Positions 1-9,316 of a DNA stretch of 64,000 nucleotides are shown piece by piece. The DNA comes from Thermoanaerobaculia bacterium (GTDB lineage Bacteria > Acidobacteriota > Thermoanaerobaculia > Multivoradales > Multivoraceae): the NCBI GenBank assembly GCA_963664405.1, contig OY761158.1, positions 6,716,314 through 6,780,313 on the forward strand, read 5' to 3'. The first letter of the stretch is position 1, and every line of letters begins with the position of its first letter. The notes under the pieces are model-generated. The model ran no database searches and was not told where the DNA came from. It worked only from the letters and a program-made list of their open reading frames with translations. Both the position numbers and the translations under genes were made by a program.

Positions 1-825
1 AAGGGCGTGGTCAGGGGCCGCTCTCCTGAATATGCCCAGGGATTCGAGGGCGAGATCTCTTCCGATATCGAGGAAATGTCCGGACGCCTGGCGGAGGCGA
101 AGGGCGCGATGGGCACGTCACCGGACGATCGAGAAGCTGCGGCCCTGGAGAGCGCGAGGGAACTGGTGCGTCGCCTCGAGTCCTTCGAGGAGAGATTGCA
201 GGATCGGGGCGAGCGCCGGGGAGAAGAAGGCGGCCAAGAGCAAGCTCAGCAAGGCTCCGAACGCGGGGACCAGCAAGGCGGCGAGCAGAACGGTGAGAGC
301 GAGGGCTCGTCGGGGGAGCAGTCCGGCGGAGGCGGCGAACGTCGTTTGGCTGAGCGGGGAGGACAGCAGTCTGAGAGCGGCGAGCCATCGCAGAGTGGCG
401 GCCAGAAGGCGGCGCGGGGTGGAGCGACGTCGCGCATGGGCCAGGGGGGGCCCGGTTGGTACCAGCCAGGCATCTTCACACCTGAGGATCTGCGACAGAT
501 GGGGGCCGCGTTCGATCGGCGACTCGCCGATGCCGAGGAGCTTCAGAGCGAGCTGCGGGATCAGGGGATCAGCTCTCGAGACCTCGCGGCGGTCCTCGAG
601 CGCATGAAGGAGTTCAGCGTGCGGGGCTTGAATCAGGATCCGCTGGCCCTCGAGAGCTTGCGCAGTGAGATCATCGAGGGCTTGCGCCAGTTCGAGTATC
701 GACTGTGGCGTGACCTCGAGGGCGATAGCGTAGAGCGCCTCTATTTAGCAGGGGCGGATGAAGTTCCGGCTGGGTACAGAGATCTGGTGGAGAGCTACTA
801 CCGAGAACTTTCCGAGAGCGAGTAG
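1..825 (+). CDS. C-terminal part of a large coiled-coil, Gln/Gly/Glu-rich protein (DUF4175-like), begins before the window
   Basis: Frame open from the window edge; low-complexity Q/G/E/S linker; ends VPAGYRDLVESYYRELS, similar to DUF4175-type C-termini as recalled. Confidence 0.55.
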   Translation, partial: KGVVRGRSPEYAQGFEGEISSDIEEMSGRLAEAKGAMGTSPDDREAAALESARELVRRLESFEERLQDRGERRGEEGGQEQAQQGSERGDQQGGEQNGESEGSSGEQSGGGGERRLAERGGQQSESGEPSQSGGQKAARGGATSRMGQGGPGWYQPGIFTPEDLRQMGAAFDRRLADAEELQSELRDQGISSRDLAAVLERMKEFSVRGLNQDPLALESLRSEIIEGLRQFEYRLWRDLEGDSVERLYLAGADEVPAGYRDLVESYYRELSESE

Positions 826-884
826 TCGGTCGGCTCGCTGAGCAAGGTCGTCTGCTGCCTGGAGCCGCGAAGCTCCGATTCGTT

Positions 885-2159
885 TCAGGTCTCGAGCTCT
901 GCGAGGCCTGGCACTGCATAGCCTAGGCAGAACTCTTCCACAGAGGCGCGTAGAGCCGCTAGTCGCTCTTCGTCTTGGTGATGGCCCAGTGCTTCGACGA
1001 TCCACTGTGCCAACTTGTCCATTTCGGCGACGCCAAAACCTCTGGTGGTTGCCGCGGGCGTGCCGAGGCGTATACCGCTGGGCCGTAGCGGTGGTTTCGG
1101 GTCGTCCGGAATGAGCTGCTTGTTGACCGTGATTGCGATGCTCTCCAAGGTCTCCTCGGCCAGGCGGCCATCGAGGGAGAAGCTCTTCTCGGTATCGACC
1201 ACCATCATGTGATTGTCGGTGCCGCCCGTCACCAGGCTGCAGCCGCGGCTCATCAGTCCGTCAGCGAGGGCTCGAGAGTTGAGCAAGACTTCGCGAGCGT
1301 AGGCTTGGAATTCCGGCTCGAGAGCCTTTCCGAGAGTAACCGCGACGCCGGCGATCGTATTCATATGCGGCCCTCCTTGGAGTCCCGGAAAAACCGCCTT
1401 GTCGATGGTTCTCGCCAGCTCCTTGCGGCAGAGGATCATTCCGCCTCGAGGGCCGCGAAGAGACTTGTGGGTGGTCGTGGTCACGATGTCGAACCCGTAG
1501 TCGAAGGGGTTGCGCATGGCTTTACCCGCGATCAGACCGCCGATGTGGGAGACGTCCGCCATCGTCAAGGCGCCGACCTCGTCAGCGACTTTCTTGAAGT
1601 CGGCGTAGTCGTAATCTCGCGGATAAGAGGTGTAGCCGCAGAGCACCATCTTGGGGCGATGCTGACGCGCAAGCTGCGAAAGCTCGTCGAAGTCGATACG
1701 GCCCTCCTCCTCGACGTGGGTGCCATAGCGAACGAAGTTGAATATTTTCCCCATGTGCGAGACAGGCGCTCCGTGGGTGAGATGGCCGCCGTGGGAGAGG
1801 TCCATGGCGAGGACGGTATCTCCAGGCTCGAGGCAGCCTAGATACACGGCTTGGTTCATCGGCGAGCCCGATAGGGGTTGCACATTGGCGTGGTCGCAGC
1901 CAAAGAGCTCGACTGCGCGGTCCCGGGCGAGAGTCTCGATGCGATCGGTAAACTCCTGGCCGCCGTAATAGCGTCTGCCCGGGTATCCTTCAGCGTACTT
2001 GTTGGTGAAGACCGAGCCGTTGGCGGCAAGGACCTCGGGATAGGTGTAGTTCTCCGACGGGATCAGCTCGATACCACGCCGTTGACGTTCCTCTTCGCCG
2101 GCGAGGGCGTCGTACACCTCGACGTCATTCTGTTTCAAGGCCCTGCGATTCGCGTCCAT
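885..2159 (-). CDS. glyA: Serine hydroxymethyltransferase
   Basis: ELIPSEN, NKYAEGYPGRRYYGG, LSHGGHLTHG, PLP lysine TTTTHKSLRGPRGG, FPGLQGGP, SGIRLGT. Confidence 0.98.
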   Translation of the reverse strand: MDANRRALKQNDVEVYDALAGEEERQRRGIELIPSENYTYPEVLAANGSVFTNKYAEGYPGRRYYGGQEFTDRIETLARDRAVELFGCDHANVQPLSGSPMNQAVYLGCLEPGDTVLAMDLSHGGHLTHGAPVSHMGKIFNFVRYGTHVEEEGRIDFDELSQLARQHRPKMVLCGYTSYPRDYDYADFKKVADEVGALTMADVSHIGGLIAGKAMRNPFDYGFDIVTTTTHKSLRGPRGGMILCRKELARTIDKAVFPGLQGGPHMNTIAGVAVTLGKALEPEFQAYAREVLLNSRALADGLMSRGCSLVTGGTDNHMMVVDTEKSFSLDGRLAEETLESIAITVNKQLIPDDPKPPLRPSGIRLGTPAATTRGFGVAEMDKLAQWIVEALGHHQDEERLAALRASVEEFCLGYAVPGLAELET

Positions 2160-2217
2160 CGGGAAGTCTCCTCGAGCCCGGAACGAAGAAACGCCCGCGG
2201 GGCTCCGTCTAAGATGG

Positions 2218-2294
2218 GCCCAGGCGAGCGGCCTTGTTTGGCTGCCGCGCTTCCCCGTGGTGCTTCCACGTTTTCTCGCCAGTCACGCGGGCAG
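2218..2294 (-). promoter_or_regulatory. ZMP/ZTP (pfl) riboswitch upstream of glyA
   Basis: Minus strand reads CTGCCCGCGTGACTGGCGAGAAAACGTGGAAGCACCACGGGGAAGCGCGGCAG..GCCGCTCGCCTGGGC, matching the CGTGACTGGCG..GTGG..CCAC.GGG.AGCG..GCCG..CGCCTGGGC consensus; glyA is a classic target. Confidence 0.93.
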
Positions 2295-2494
2295 AGTACC
2301 GTCCTCCTGAACTTAGCGAAAAGCCGCTCAGGACTCAAGCAGAAATCCAATCAGTCCTCCGCAAGGCCTGATCTTCGATGGCGCTAACGCTACCTAAAAT
2401 GTAACAACAAACGACCTTGCGAGTGATAGCAGAGAACTTCCCCACGCTCCGTAAGTCTCTAGAGACATGTACGTTACATAGAGACATAGAAGAC

Positions 2495-2510
2495 TGGCTC
2501 TCTATTTGCT
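2495..2510 (+). promoter_or_regulatory. Putative sigma54 (-24/-12) promoter of the minor pilin cluster
   Basis: TGGCTCTCTATTTGCT: GG-N10-GC spacing with TGGC and TTGCT, in an AT-richer intergenic region ~80 bp before the first pilin gene. Confidence 0.5.
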
Positions 2511-2591
2511 AGGCTCTTTAGCGTACAGCTCCGGTGCGGAGCCGTAGAACTCCTCCGCAGGGAGGGCCGGAGATTTCATGACGGAGGCAGA

Positions 2592-3272
2592 ATGACTGGA
2601 CGACGAACCGTCGCTTCGCGCTCGCGTCCGAGTGCCGGTGTGCGGGGGGATCAGAGAGGGAGAGCCCAGCGCGGCTTTACCCTCCTCGAGCTCCTGATCG
2701 TCCTCAGTTTCATCGTTATCCTCTCTGCTGTCGGCTTTCCGGCACTGCAGCAGATGTTTACGCGTTCGAAGCTTACCGGGAGCGCGCGCGAGATCAGCTC
2801 TCATCTCCTCAACGCCCGAATACAGGCGCTGAGGCGAGGGCGGAGCGTGGTCGTCCGGCCGAGCTATGCCACCAAGTCTCTTGTCGCCTTTGTCGATGAG
2901 AATGACGACCAGGTGCAGGATCCGACCGAGCTTCAGGTTTACAACCTGGACATTCCTGGTACCGGGGAGGGGAATATCTATCTCATGGGGGAGAACGGTA
3001 TCGAAGGAGCGGACAACAGCCCTGCGGAATCGGTCGATGGCTTCACCGCGGTCGGCGCGAACTTTGTCGCGGTGTTCGACCCTGACGGGACTATTCGTGA
3101 CTTCGGTGCGTTCAGAATCTCGGACGGCGGCAATCCGCCCAATGTTTTCGAAGTGCGGGTCGAGCCCAGGGCTACAGCGCGGCTGCGGACTCTGAAGTAT
3201 GTCTACGATGGACCGAACGGGGACGACTTCTACACCGAGGGACAGGGGGTCAACGTGTGGGAGTGGTACTAG
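2592..3272 (+). CDS. Type IV minor pilin, FimT/FimU/GspH-like
   Basis: Prepilin cleavage motif QRG|FTLLELLIV, hydrophobic helix, ARIQALRRGRSVVV typical of FimT/GspH. Confidence 0.85.
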   Translation: MTGRRTVASRSRPSAGVRGDQRGRAQRGFTLLELLIVLSFIVILSAVGFPALQQMFTRSKLTGSAREISSHLLNARIQALRRGRSVVVRPSYATKSLVAFVDENDDQVQDPTELQVYNLDIPGTGEGNIYLMGENGIEGADNSPAESVDGFTAVGANFVAVFDPDGTIRDFGAFRISDGGNPPNVFEVRVEPRATARLRTLKYVYDGPNGDDFYTEGQGVNVWEWY

Positions 3273-3862
3273 TGGCAAAGAAGATTCTTTCTGGCCTCGA
3301 TGCTTCGCGGAGAAGCCTAATGATGAGCCGTAGATCCGCACTCCGGGGAGCGCCAGGCTTCACCCTTATCGAGATGCTGCTGGCGATGGCGCTGATGGGC
3401 GTGATGATGGTCGGGGTTCTGCCTCTGTTCACCAAGGCGATGAGCAACAATGTCGAGGGAAGCCAGCTGACCGAAGTGACCAATCGTGCTCGATTGCACT
3501 TGGAGGAGCTTATGGCGATGCCCGTCGACGGCGAGGATCTCACCGTTCCGGACGGGGACAACGAGCTCCTCATCAGTCACGTTTGGTCGGTTTCAGAGGA
3601 GCGTTGGATCGAGGGGACCACCCTCCCCGGGGGCGAGGAGCCTGCATTTTCTCGGGTTACCCGCGTGCGCCAGTTCAATATGTCGGCGATCAACAACATC
3701 GACCTCGAATTTGAAGAAGACGAGAGGTTGGTCGGTGGTGCGCCTTCCGGCCAGGTGCATATCAAAGAGATCGTGGTTCGCGTCAACAGTGGGCGTCCCA
3801 CTCTTCTGAACCTGCTCGGCCGGAGCAAGAGTGTGACCTTGAGAGTGCTCAAGTCGGTCTGA
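3272..3862 (+). CDS. Type IV minor pilin, PilV-like (start uncertain: 3272 GTG or 3320 ATG)
   Basis: PG|FTLIEMLLAMALM prepilin motif; second gene of the cluster. Confidence 0.8.
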   Translation: MAKKILSGLDASRRSLMMSRRSALRGAPGFTLIEMLLAMALMGVMMVGVLPLFTKAMSNNVEGSQLTEVTNRARLHLEELMAMPVDGEDLTVPDGDNELLISHVWSVSEERWIEGTTLPGGEEPAFSRVTRVRQFNMSAINNIDLEFEEDERLVGGAPSGQVHIKEIVVRVNSGRPTLLNLLGRSKSVTLRVLKSV

Positions 3863-3870
3863 GGAAGGAA

Positions 3871-5118
3871 GTGGTGAAAGTCTTGTTACAAGTGAACAGG
3901 CCCTCCCGAGAAGCGGGCTTTACCGCCTTAGAGCTCCTGGTGACCGCCGCCATCATGGTTTCCGTGATGTCGCTGGTGCTAACGGCGGTCGACATGAATG
4001 CGAACGTGACACTGGTCCAGACCGATGTCGCGGACGTCCAGCAGTCGATCCGCGTGGCCCAGCGCGATATGCAGCGTATGGTGCGCATGGCCGGACGAGG
4101 TGGGCTGCCGCGCCCGGTGAGCGTCGTCGTACAGCAAGATGTCACGGACGGGACCATGATCGGGACGGTGGATCCCGACACGCGTGAGGTGCTGGCGGAG
4201 ACCGACATCCTCACTGTGCGGGGAGTCTTCAACTCGCCTCTCTTTCGCATCGACGCCTCGGACGCTTCCACCTTCAGCGTTGCCGGCGAGGACGCCACCC
4301 TGGTCATCGACGATCGAACCAAGTCGGCCTTCCATCAACCTCTCGATGCTCTGCATGACCTCGTAGCGGCTGATGACACGGTGGGCCCGGAGGCGATATT
4401 GATCGTCAGTCGGCAGTCCGACACCGTATATGCCATCGTCGAGTTGGCCGGGATCACCTTCACGAACACAGTCCTCGATATCCAGAACCAGGCCGTCAAC
4501 GTCGAGAGGGCAACCTTGTCTCTCAAGGTCGGTGGCGCGGGACACGTCCCTGCCTATCTCTCGCTCTCACCCGGGGGCATCTTTCCTCCCACCTTGACCT
4601 CGGCTCTCTTCGTCGCTGTCGTGGAAGAGTATAGTTTTTACATTCGTGAGGATTACTCCATCCCCGGGGACGACACCAGCCCCCTGAGTCCCAAGCTCAC
4701 GCGTGCTCGAATGGTCCCTGGCACCGCCTTGCCTCACCCCGGGGCGCCGGACAACATCGCGATCGACATCGCCGACAACATCTTCGATTTCCAGGTCGCT
4801 CTGGGGATCGACCTCGACGGCGATGGCCTAGTGGAGGTCGAGGATGGAGGGGGTACGCCTTTGGCACCCGATAGCGACGAGTGGCTCTGGAACGATGCCG
4901 GGGACAACTTGGCTCTTCCATGGGCCACCACGAGTCTGAAGCAAGTCCGGCTCAGCATTCTCGGCCAGACTGCCACTGCGGACCGCCAGTACATCTCGCC
5001 AGCGATCGACAGTTTCGAGAACCGCGATTACAGCGAAGACGTAGTGCCAACGGATCCGTCGACTCGGCGCTACCGTCGTCGCATTCTGCAGAGTGCCGTT
5101 GATCTGAGGAACCTCTAA
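3871..5118 (+). CDS. Type IV minor pilin, PilW-like
   Basis: EAG|FTALELLVT motif; DVQQSIR..MQRMVRMAG; C-terminal IADNIFDFQV, VRLSI and VDLRN typical of PilW. Confidence 0.8.
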   Translation: MVKVLLQVNRPSREAGFTALELLVTAAIMVSVMSLVLTAVDMNANVTLVQTDVADVQQSIRVAQRDMQRMVRMAGRGGLPRPVSVVVQQDVTDGTMIGTVDPDTREVLAETDILTVRGVFNSPLFRIDASDASTFSVAGEDATLVIDDRTKSAFHQPLDALHDLVAADDTVGPEAILIVSRQSDTVYAIVELAGITFTNTVLDIQNQAVNVERATLSLKVGGAGHVPAYLSLSPGGIFPPTLTSALFVAVVEEYSFYIREDYSIPGDDTSPLSPKLTRARMVPGTALPHPGAPDNIAIDIADNIFDFQVALGIDLDGDGLVEVEDGGGTPLAPDSDEWLWNDAGDNLALPWATTSLKQVRLSILGQTATADRQYISPAIDSFENRDYSEDVVPTDPSTRRYRRRILQSAVDLRNL

Positions 5119-5681
5119 TGCGTAAGTCCCTGACCCAGATCAAGCTCCTTCGGTCTCGCCGCGAAGACGGCAGTGCCTACATCATCGCGTTGATGGCGCT
5201 CTTTCTGCTCACGATTCTCGGCATCTCCGTGAGCCTGGTCACTCAGACGGAGATCCTCGCGAGTAGTCAGGAACGGACCATCGAGCGGACTTTTTACGCC
5301 GCCGAGGCCGGCCTGGAGATGGCGATTGCCCGTGCTCTCGGTCAGGGTGACTATGGTCCAGCCACTCACATCGCCCAGCGCACCGAGCTCGAGCAGGGAG
5401 CCATCATGCAGATGCAGGAGCGTGCCGACAGCTCGACTTTCTTCTGCATCGGTGACTCTCCTTGTAATCTCTGCTCGATCAACCAGGGCAGCCAGTGGGT
5501 CCGGCGCAACCATATGCTGTCGGTGAACGCGGTGCGCTCGGGTGTCGACGCCGGGGTAGATGTGCCCGTCGGCCGGAAATCTCTAACCGACATGGTGGAC
5601 ATCGAGCCGACCCAGGTGATCGTCGACTGTCTGGCCGACCTCCCTGATTCGACCAGCGGTTTTCGCTTCGACGAGTTCTAA
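5118..5681 (+). CDS. PilX-like minor pilin
   Basis: EDG|SAYIIAL without Glu+5, FYAAEAGLE PilX N-terminal motif. Confidence 0.8.
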   Translation: MRKSLTQIKLLRSRREDGSAYIIALMALFLLTILGISVSLVTQTEILASSQERTIERTFYAAEAGLEMAIARALGQGDYGPATHIAQRTELEQGAIMQMQERADSSTFFCIGDSPCNLCSINQGSQWVRRNHMLSVNAVRSGVDAGVDVPVGRKSLTDMVDIEPTQVIVDCLADLPDSTSGFRFDEF

Positions 5682-6481
5682 CGCGACCGACCCGAGTCGC
5701 GAAGGTAGGCACTCGCTTCGAGCAGACCGGCCCCATGGCCTACGTCAAAGAGTGGCGGCGGAATAAGCGCACCCTTGACTCGGCCCTCGAGGGCCAATTT
5801 CTGGTACACGGGCACCTCGTCGTATTCCCCCGAGATGGACGGCCGCAACAGGTCGATCACGCCGAAGACCTCCGGGGCGCAAACATAGCGGCCGCAGGTA
5901 CGAAGAATTCGTTCGCCGGGATCGATCTCGAGAAGGCCTGGCTTCTTGTCGTGAATGCGCTCGACCTGGAGCGTGTCCGGGCTCAGGCGGCGCCAGTCGA
6001 TTCGCCCGCAATTGCCGTAGAGGCCCGAAGAGGACTCGTCGAGATCGAGGACGCCGAGGACGTGGTGTCCGCTCTCCTCGAATACTTGAAGCATGCGGGC
6101 CAGGGAGTAGGTTGGAGAAAGTGGAAGATTATCGGGTAAAAGGAGCGCGAAGGGCTCTTCGGCGGTGAAGTCTCGGCACAGTGATACGGCTTCCGCCAAG
6201 CCGTTGGGGACTTCTTGCTCCAAGAAACGGATTCTCAGCTCTGGCCAGTGGCCCTCATCCTGTTGCGCCCCGATATAGCGTTCGATGAGGATTCCTTTGC
6301 CCCGGCGCGTGACAATTGCTGCCTCGACCAGTCCACCCTCAGCGGCTTCGCTGAGAACCCAGTCGAGCGTCGGGCGGCTGCCGAGAGGCGCGAGCTCTTT
6401 GGGCACAACGCTCGAGAAGGGGCGCATTCTGGTGCCACGTCCGGCGGCGGGGATGACGGCTTTGCGGACTTGACGAGACAT
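5678..6481 (-). CDS. Sugar-1-phosphate nucleotidyltransferase, GalU-like
   Basis: KAVIPAAGRGTRMRP..PKEL, EQEVPNGLAEAV, FALLLPDN, CGRYV, DVG. Confidence 0.85.
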   Translation of the reverse strand: MSRQVRKAVIPAAGRGTRMRPFSSVVPKELAPLGSRPTLDWVLSEAAEGGLVEAAIVTRRGKGILIERYIGAQQDEGHWPELRIRFLEQEVPNGLAEAVSLCRDFTAEEPFALLLPDNLPLSPTYSLARMLQVFEESGHHVLGVLDLDESSSGLYGNCGRIDWRRLSPDTLQVERIHDKKPGLLEIDPGERILRTCGRYVCAPEVFGVIDLLRPSISGEYDEVPVYQKLALEGRVKGALIPPPLFDVGHGAGLLEASAYLRDSGRSR

Positions 6482-6492
6482 CGGCCGCGAGA

Positions 6493-7521
6493 TTGTACGG
6501 CATGGACGTGAGAAGATCTGCCGCCGTGAGGACTTTCCTCAGATGCTCCTTGCGGGCCATCTCCGCGCTGCTAGTGGCCTTTTCACTTTCCTGCGGCGGA
6601 GGCGGCGCGGTCAAGGTGCTCGCCCTGGCTCATGGGCTCGACCCTTCCCATCCGGTCCACAAGGCGATGGAGTTTCTCGCCACCCGCCTCGACGAGAGCT
6701 CGGGCGGCAGCTTGCAGCTTCGCATCTACCCGAGCGAGCAATTGGGGAGCGAGCGCGAGTGCCTGGAGCTACTCCAGATCGGCAGCTTGGCGATGACCAA
6801 GGTCTCGGCGAGCGTGCTGGAGTCGTTCTCTCCCGCCTTTGGAGTCCTCTCGCTGCCCTTTCTCTTTTCCGACCGAGATCACGTGTGGGAGGTCCTCGAC
6901 GGCGAGATCGGTCGTGACCTCTTGGCCGAGCCGCTGCAGTATCGCTTACGAGGGTTGGCCTTTTATGACGCTGGGAGTCGCAGTTTCTACACCACGAGCC
7001 GGCCGGTGCGGAGCCCGGAGGATCTGCAAGGGCTCAAGATCCGGACCATGGAGAGCGCGACCGCCATGGATATGGTGAGGGCGTTGGGGGGCTCTCCGAC
7101 GCCGATATCTTGGGGAGAGATCTATAGCGCCCTGCAGCAAGGGGTGGTCGATGGCGCCGAGAACAACCCGCCGAGCTTTCATCTTTCGAGACACTACGAA
7201 GTGGCGAAGTACTACTCGCTCGACGAGCACACTTCGGTACCGGACGTGCTTCTGATCGGCAGAGCGGCATGGGAGGCGCTCGATTCCCGAGAACGGGAGC
7301 TGCTGTCGGCGGCGGCGCGAGAGTCCGCCGAGTATCAAAAGATACTGTGGCGAGCCGCTGAGAAGACAGCCCTCGATGCGGTCCAGGAGGCAGGCGTCGA
7401 GGTCCTGAGGCCGAGCAAGCAGCCGTTCATGAAAGAAGTCGAGGAGCTTCTGGAGGCGCGGCGCGCGGACCCTGAAGTCGGCCCCTGGATGCGCCGCATT
7501 CAGGGTGAAAGAGAGAATTGA
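6493..7521 (+). CDS. dctP: TRAP transporter solute-binding lipoprotein (DctP)
   Basis: Lipobox SLSC, IYPSEQLGSERE, DLQGLKIRTM (carboxylate-binding Arg), YSALQQGVVDGAENN. Confidence 0.95.
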   Translation: MYGMDVRRSAAVRTFLRCSLRAISALLVAFSLSCGGGGAVKVLALAHGLDPSHPVHKAMEFLATRLDESSGGSLQLRIYPSEQLGSERECLELLQIGSLAMTKVSASVLESFSPAFGVLSLPFLFSDRDHVWEVLDGEIGRDLLAEPLQYRLRGLAFYDAGSRSFYTTSRPVRSPEDLQGLKIRTMESATAMDMVRALGGSPTPISWGEIYSALQQGVVDGAENNPPSFHLSRHYEVAKYYSLDEHTSVPDVLLIGRAAWEALDSRERELLSAAARESAEYQKILWRAAEKTALDAVQEAGVEVLRPSKQPFMKEVEELLEARRADPEVGPWMRRIQGEREN

Positions 7522-7985
7522 TGCGGGGCCTCAGAGAGCGGGTGGATCGGCTTCTGGAGCGCGTACTCGCCACCTTGATGGCCCTGATGGTGATCAATGT
7601 GTGCTGGCAGGTGGTGACTCGCTTCATTCTTCGCCAGCCAAGCTCGTTTACCGAGGAAGCCGCCCGCTTCTTGTTGATCTGGGTCGGGCTCCTCGGAGCG
7701 AGCTACGCGCTGGGGCAGCGGATGCACCTGGCGATCGACGTGCTGGCGCGATGGAAACCGAGTTGGCGTCCGGGGCTCAGGATTACCAGCCTCGCTGTCA
7801 CCGCGACCTTCGCCCTCTTGGTACTGGGAGTGGGCGGAGCGCGCCTCGTGCTGCTCACTTTGGAGCTGGGACAAACTTCCGCCGCCTTGGGCTGGAGCCT
7901 GGGCTACGTGTATCTGGCGCTGCCGCTCAGCGGACTCCTCATGACCTTCTATGCCCTGAGTGAGCTATCGGAGCCGGCTCAGTAA
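7518..7985 (+). CDS. dctQ: TRAP small permease (DctQ)
   Basis: QVVTRF..FTEEAARFLLIW..H LAID; four hydrophobic segments. Confidence 0.93.
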   Translation: MMRGLRERVDRLLERVLATLMALMVINVCWQVVTRFILRQPSSFTEEAARFLLIWVGLLGASYALGQRMHLAIDVLARWKPSWRPGLRITSLAVTATFALLVLGVGGARLVLLTLELGQTSAALGWSLGYVYLALPLSGLLMTFYALSELSEPAQ

Positions 7986-9295
7986 TGGTTGATCTCGCGA
8001 GTGTCGGAGTCCTTGGGGGTGTCTTCCTGGTGGTGATGGCGCTAGGAGCACCGATCGCGATAGCGGTGGGGACCGCCGCGACGGCAACCCTTCTCCTCGG
8101 AGGATCGCCGCTGCCCGTAGTGACGACGATCTCTCAGCGCGTCGCAACGGCTCTCGATTCCTTCTCGCTGCTCGCCATCCCCCTATTCATACTGTCTGGC
8201 CAGTTGATGAATCGGGGAGGTGCCGCGAGGCGCCTTCTCGAATTCGGTAAGGCTCTGGTAGGTGCGCTCCCGGGTGGGCTGGTCCTGGTCAATATCGTTG
8301 GCTGTCTCCTCTTTGGTGCGATCTCGGGCTCGGCGGTGGCCACTGCCGCGGCTATCGGCGGCTTCATGATTCCGCTGATGGAAGAGGAGGGATATGGACG
8401 AGACTACGGTACGGCGGTCAACATAACGGCCTCCACCACAGGACTTCTAATCCCGCCGAGCAACATTCTGATCGTCTACTCGCTTGCCAGCGGAGGAGTC
8501 TCGATCGCTGCGCTGTTTCTCGCCGGCTATCTACCCGGCCTCCTGGTTGGTGCCTGTGTGGCGTCGGCCGCGGTGGTCCTGGCTCGGATACGCGGTCTCG
8601 AGGTAGCACGGATACCCTGGAATACCGGCGCGACACTGCGCAGTGGAATCGCGGCACTTCCCAGCTTGCTACTGGTAGTGGTGGTCATGGGAGGAATCAT
8701 CGGCGGCGTGTTCACGGCTACGGAGGCAGCGGGAGTCGCGGTTGTCTACGCCCTTCTCTTGTCTCTCTTGGTGTATCGAGAGATCTCGGTTCGGGAGTTG
8801 CCAGCCATTCTGGTCGAGGCCTCCGCCACCACTGGAGTTGTTCTCATTCTGGTCGGGGCCTCGATGGCGCTTTCGTGGGTGATGGCCTTCGAGAACATCC
8901 CGCAGGGCGTAGCGGAGCTGATGCTCTCCCTTGCCGCGGGTCCGATCGCTGTTCTACTGGTAATGAATGTGGTGCTTTTGGCTGTCGGAACGTTCATGGA
9001 CATGACTCCGGCTGTGCTTATCTTTACGCCGATCTTCCTGCCGGTGGCGATCGAAATGGGCGTCGATCCGGTCCACTTCGGGGTGATCATGGTGCTCAAT
9101 TTGTGTGTCGGTCTGTGCACTCCACCGGTTGGCACCGTTCTCTTCGTCGGCTGCGGAGTCGGAGAGACGACCCTCTCGCGAGTGCTGCCAAGTCTGCTGC
9201 CGCTCTACGCAGCCATGCTCGTCGCGCTGGTGTTGGTGATGAGTCTGCCGGAGCTCAGTCTCTGGCTTCCCCGAACGTTTGGCTTTCTTCCTTAG
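7985..9295 (+). CDS. dctM: TRAP large permease (DctM)
   Basis: LAIPLFILSGQLM, GAISGSAVAT, LIPPS, GVFTATE, DPVHFG, TPPVG. Confidence 0.96.
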   Translation: MVDLASVGVLGGVFLVVMALGAPIAIAVGTAATATLLLGGSPLPVVTTISQRVATALDSFSLLAIPLFILSGQLMNRGGAARRLLEFGKALVGALPGGLVLVNIVGCLLFGAISGSAVATAAAIGGFMIPLMEEEGYGRDYGTAVNITASTTGLLIPPSNILIVYSLASGGVSIAALFLAGYLPGLLVGACVASAAVVLARIRGLEVARIPWNTGATLRSGIAALPSLLLVVVVMGGIIGGVFTATEAAGVAVVYALLLSLLVYREISVRELPAILVEASATTGVVLILVGASMALSWVMAFENIPQGVAELMLSLAAGPIAVLLVMNVVLLAVGTFMDMTPAVLIFTPIFLPVAIEMGVDPVHFGVIMVLNLCVGLCTPPVGTVLFVGCGVGETTLSRVLPSLLPLYAAMLVALVLVMSLPELSLWLPRTFGFLP

Positions 9296-9316
9296 CTTGA
9301 CGCCTCTTCCTCCGAG

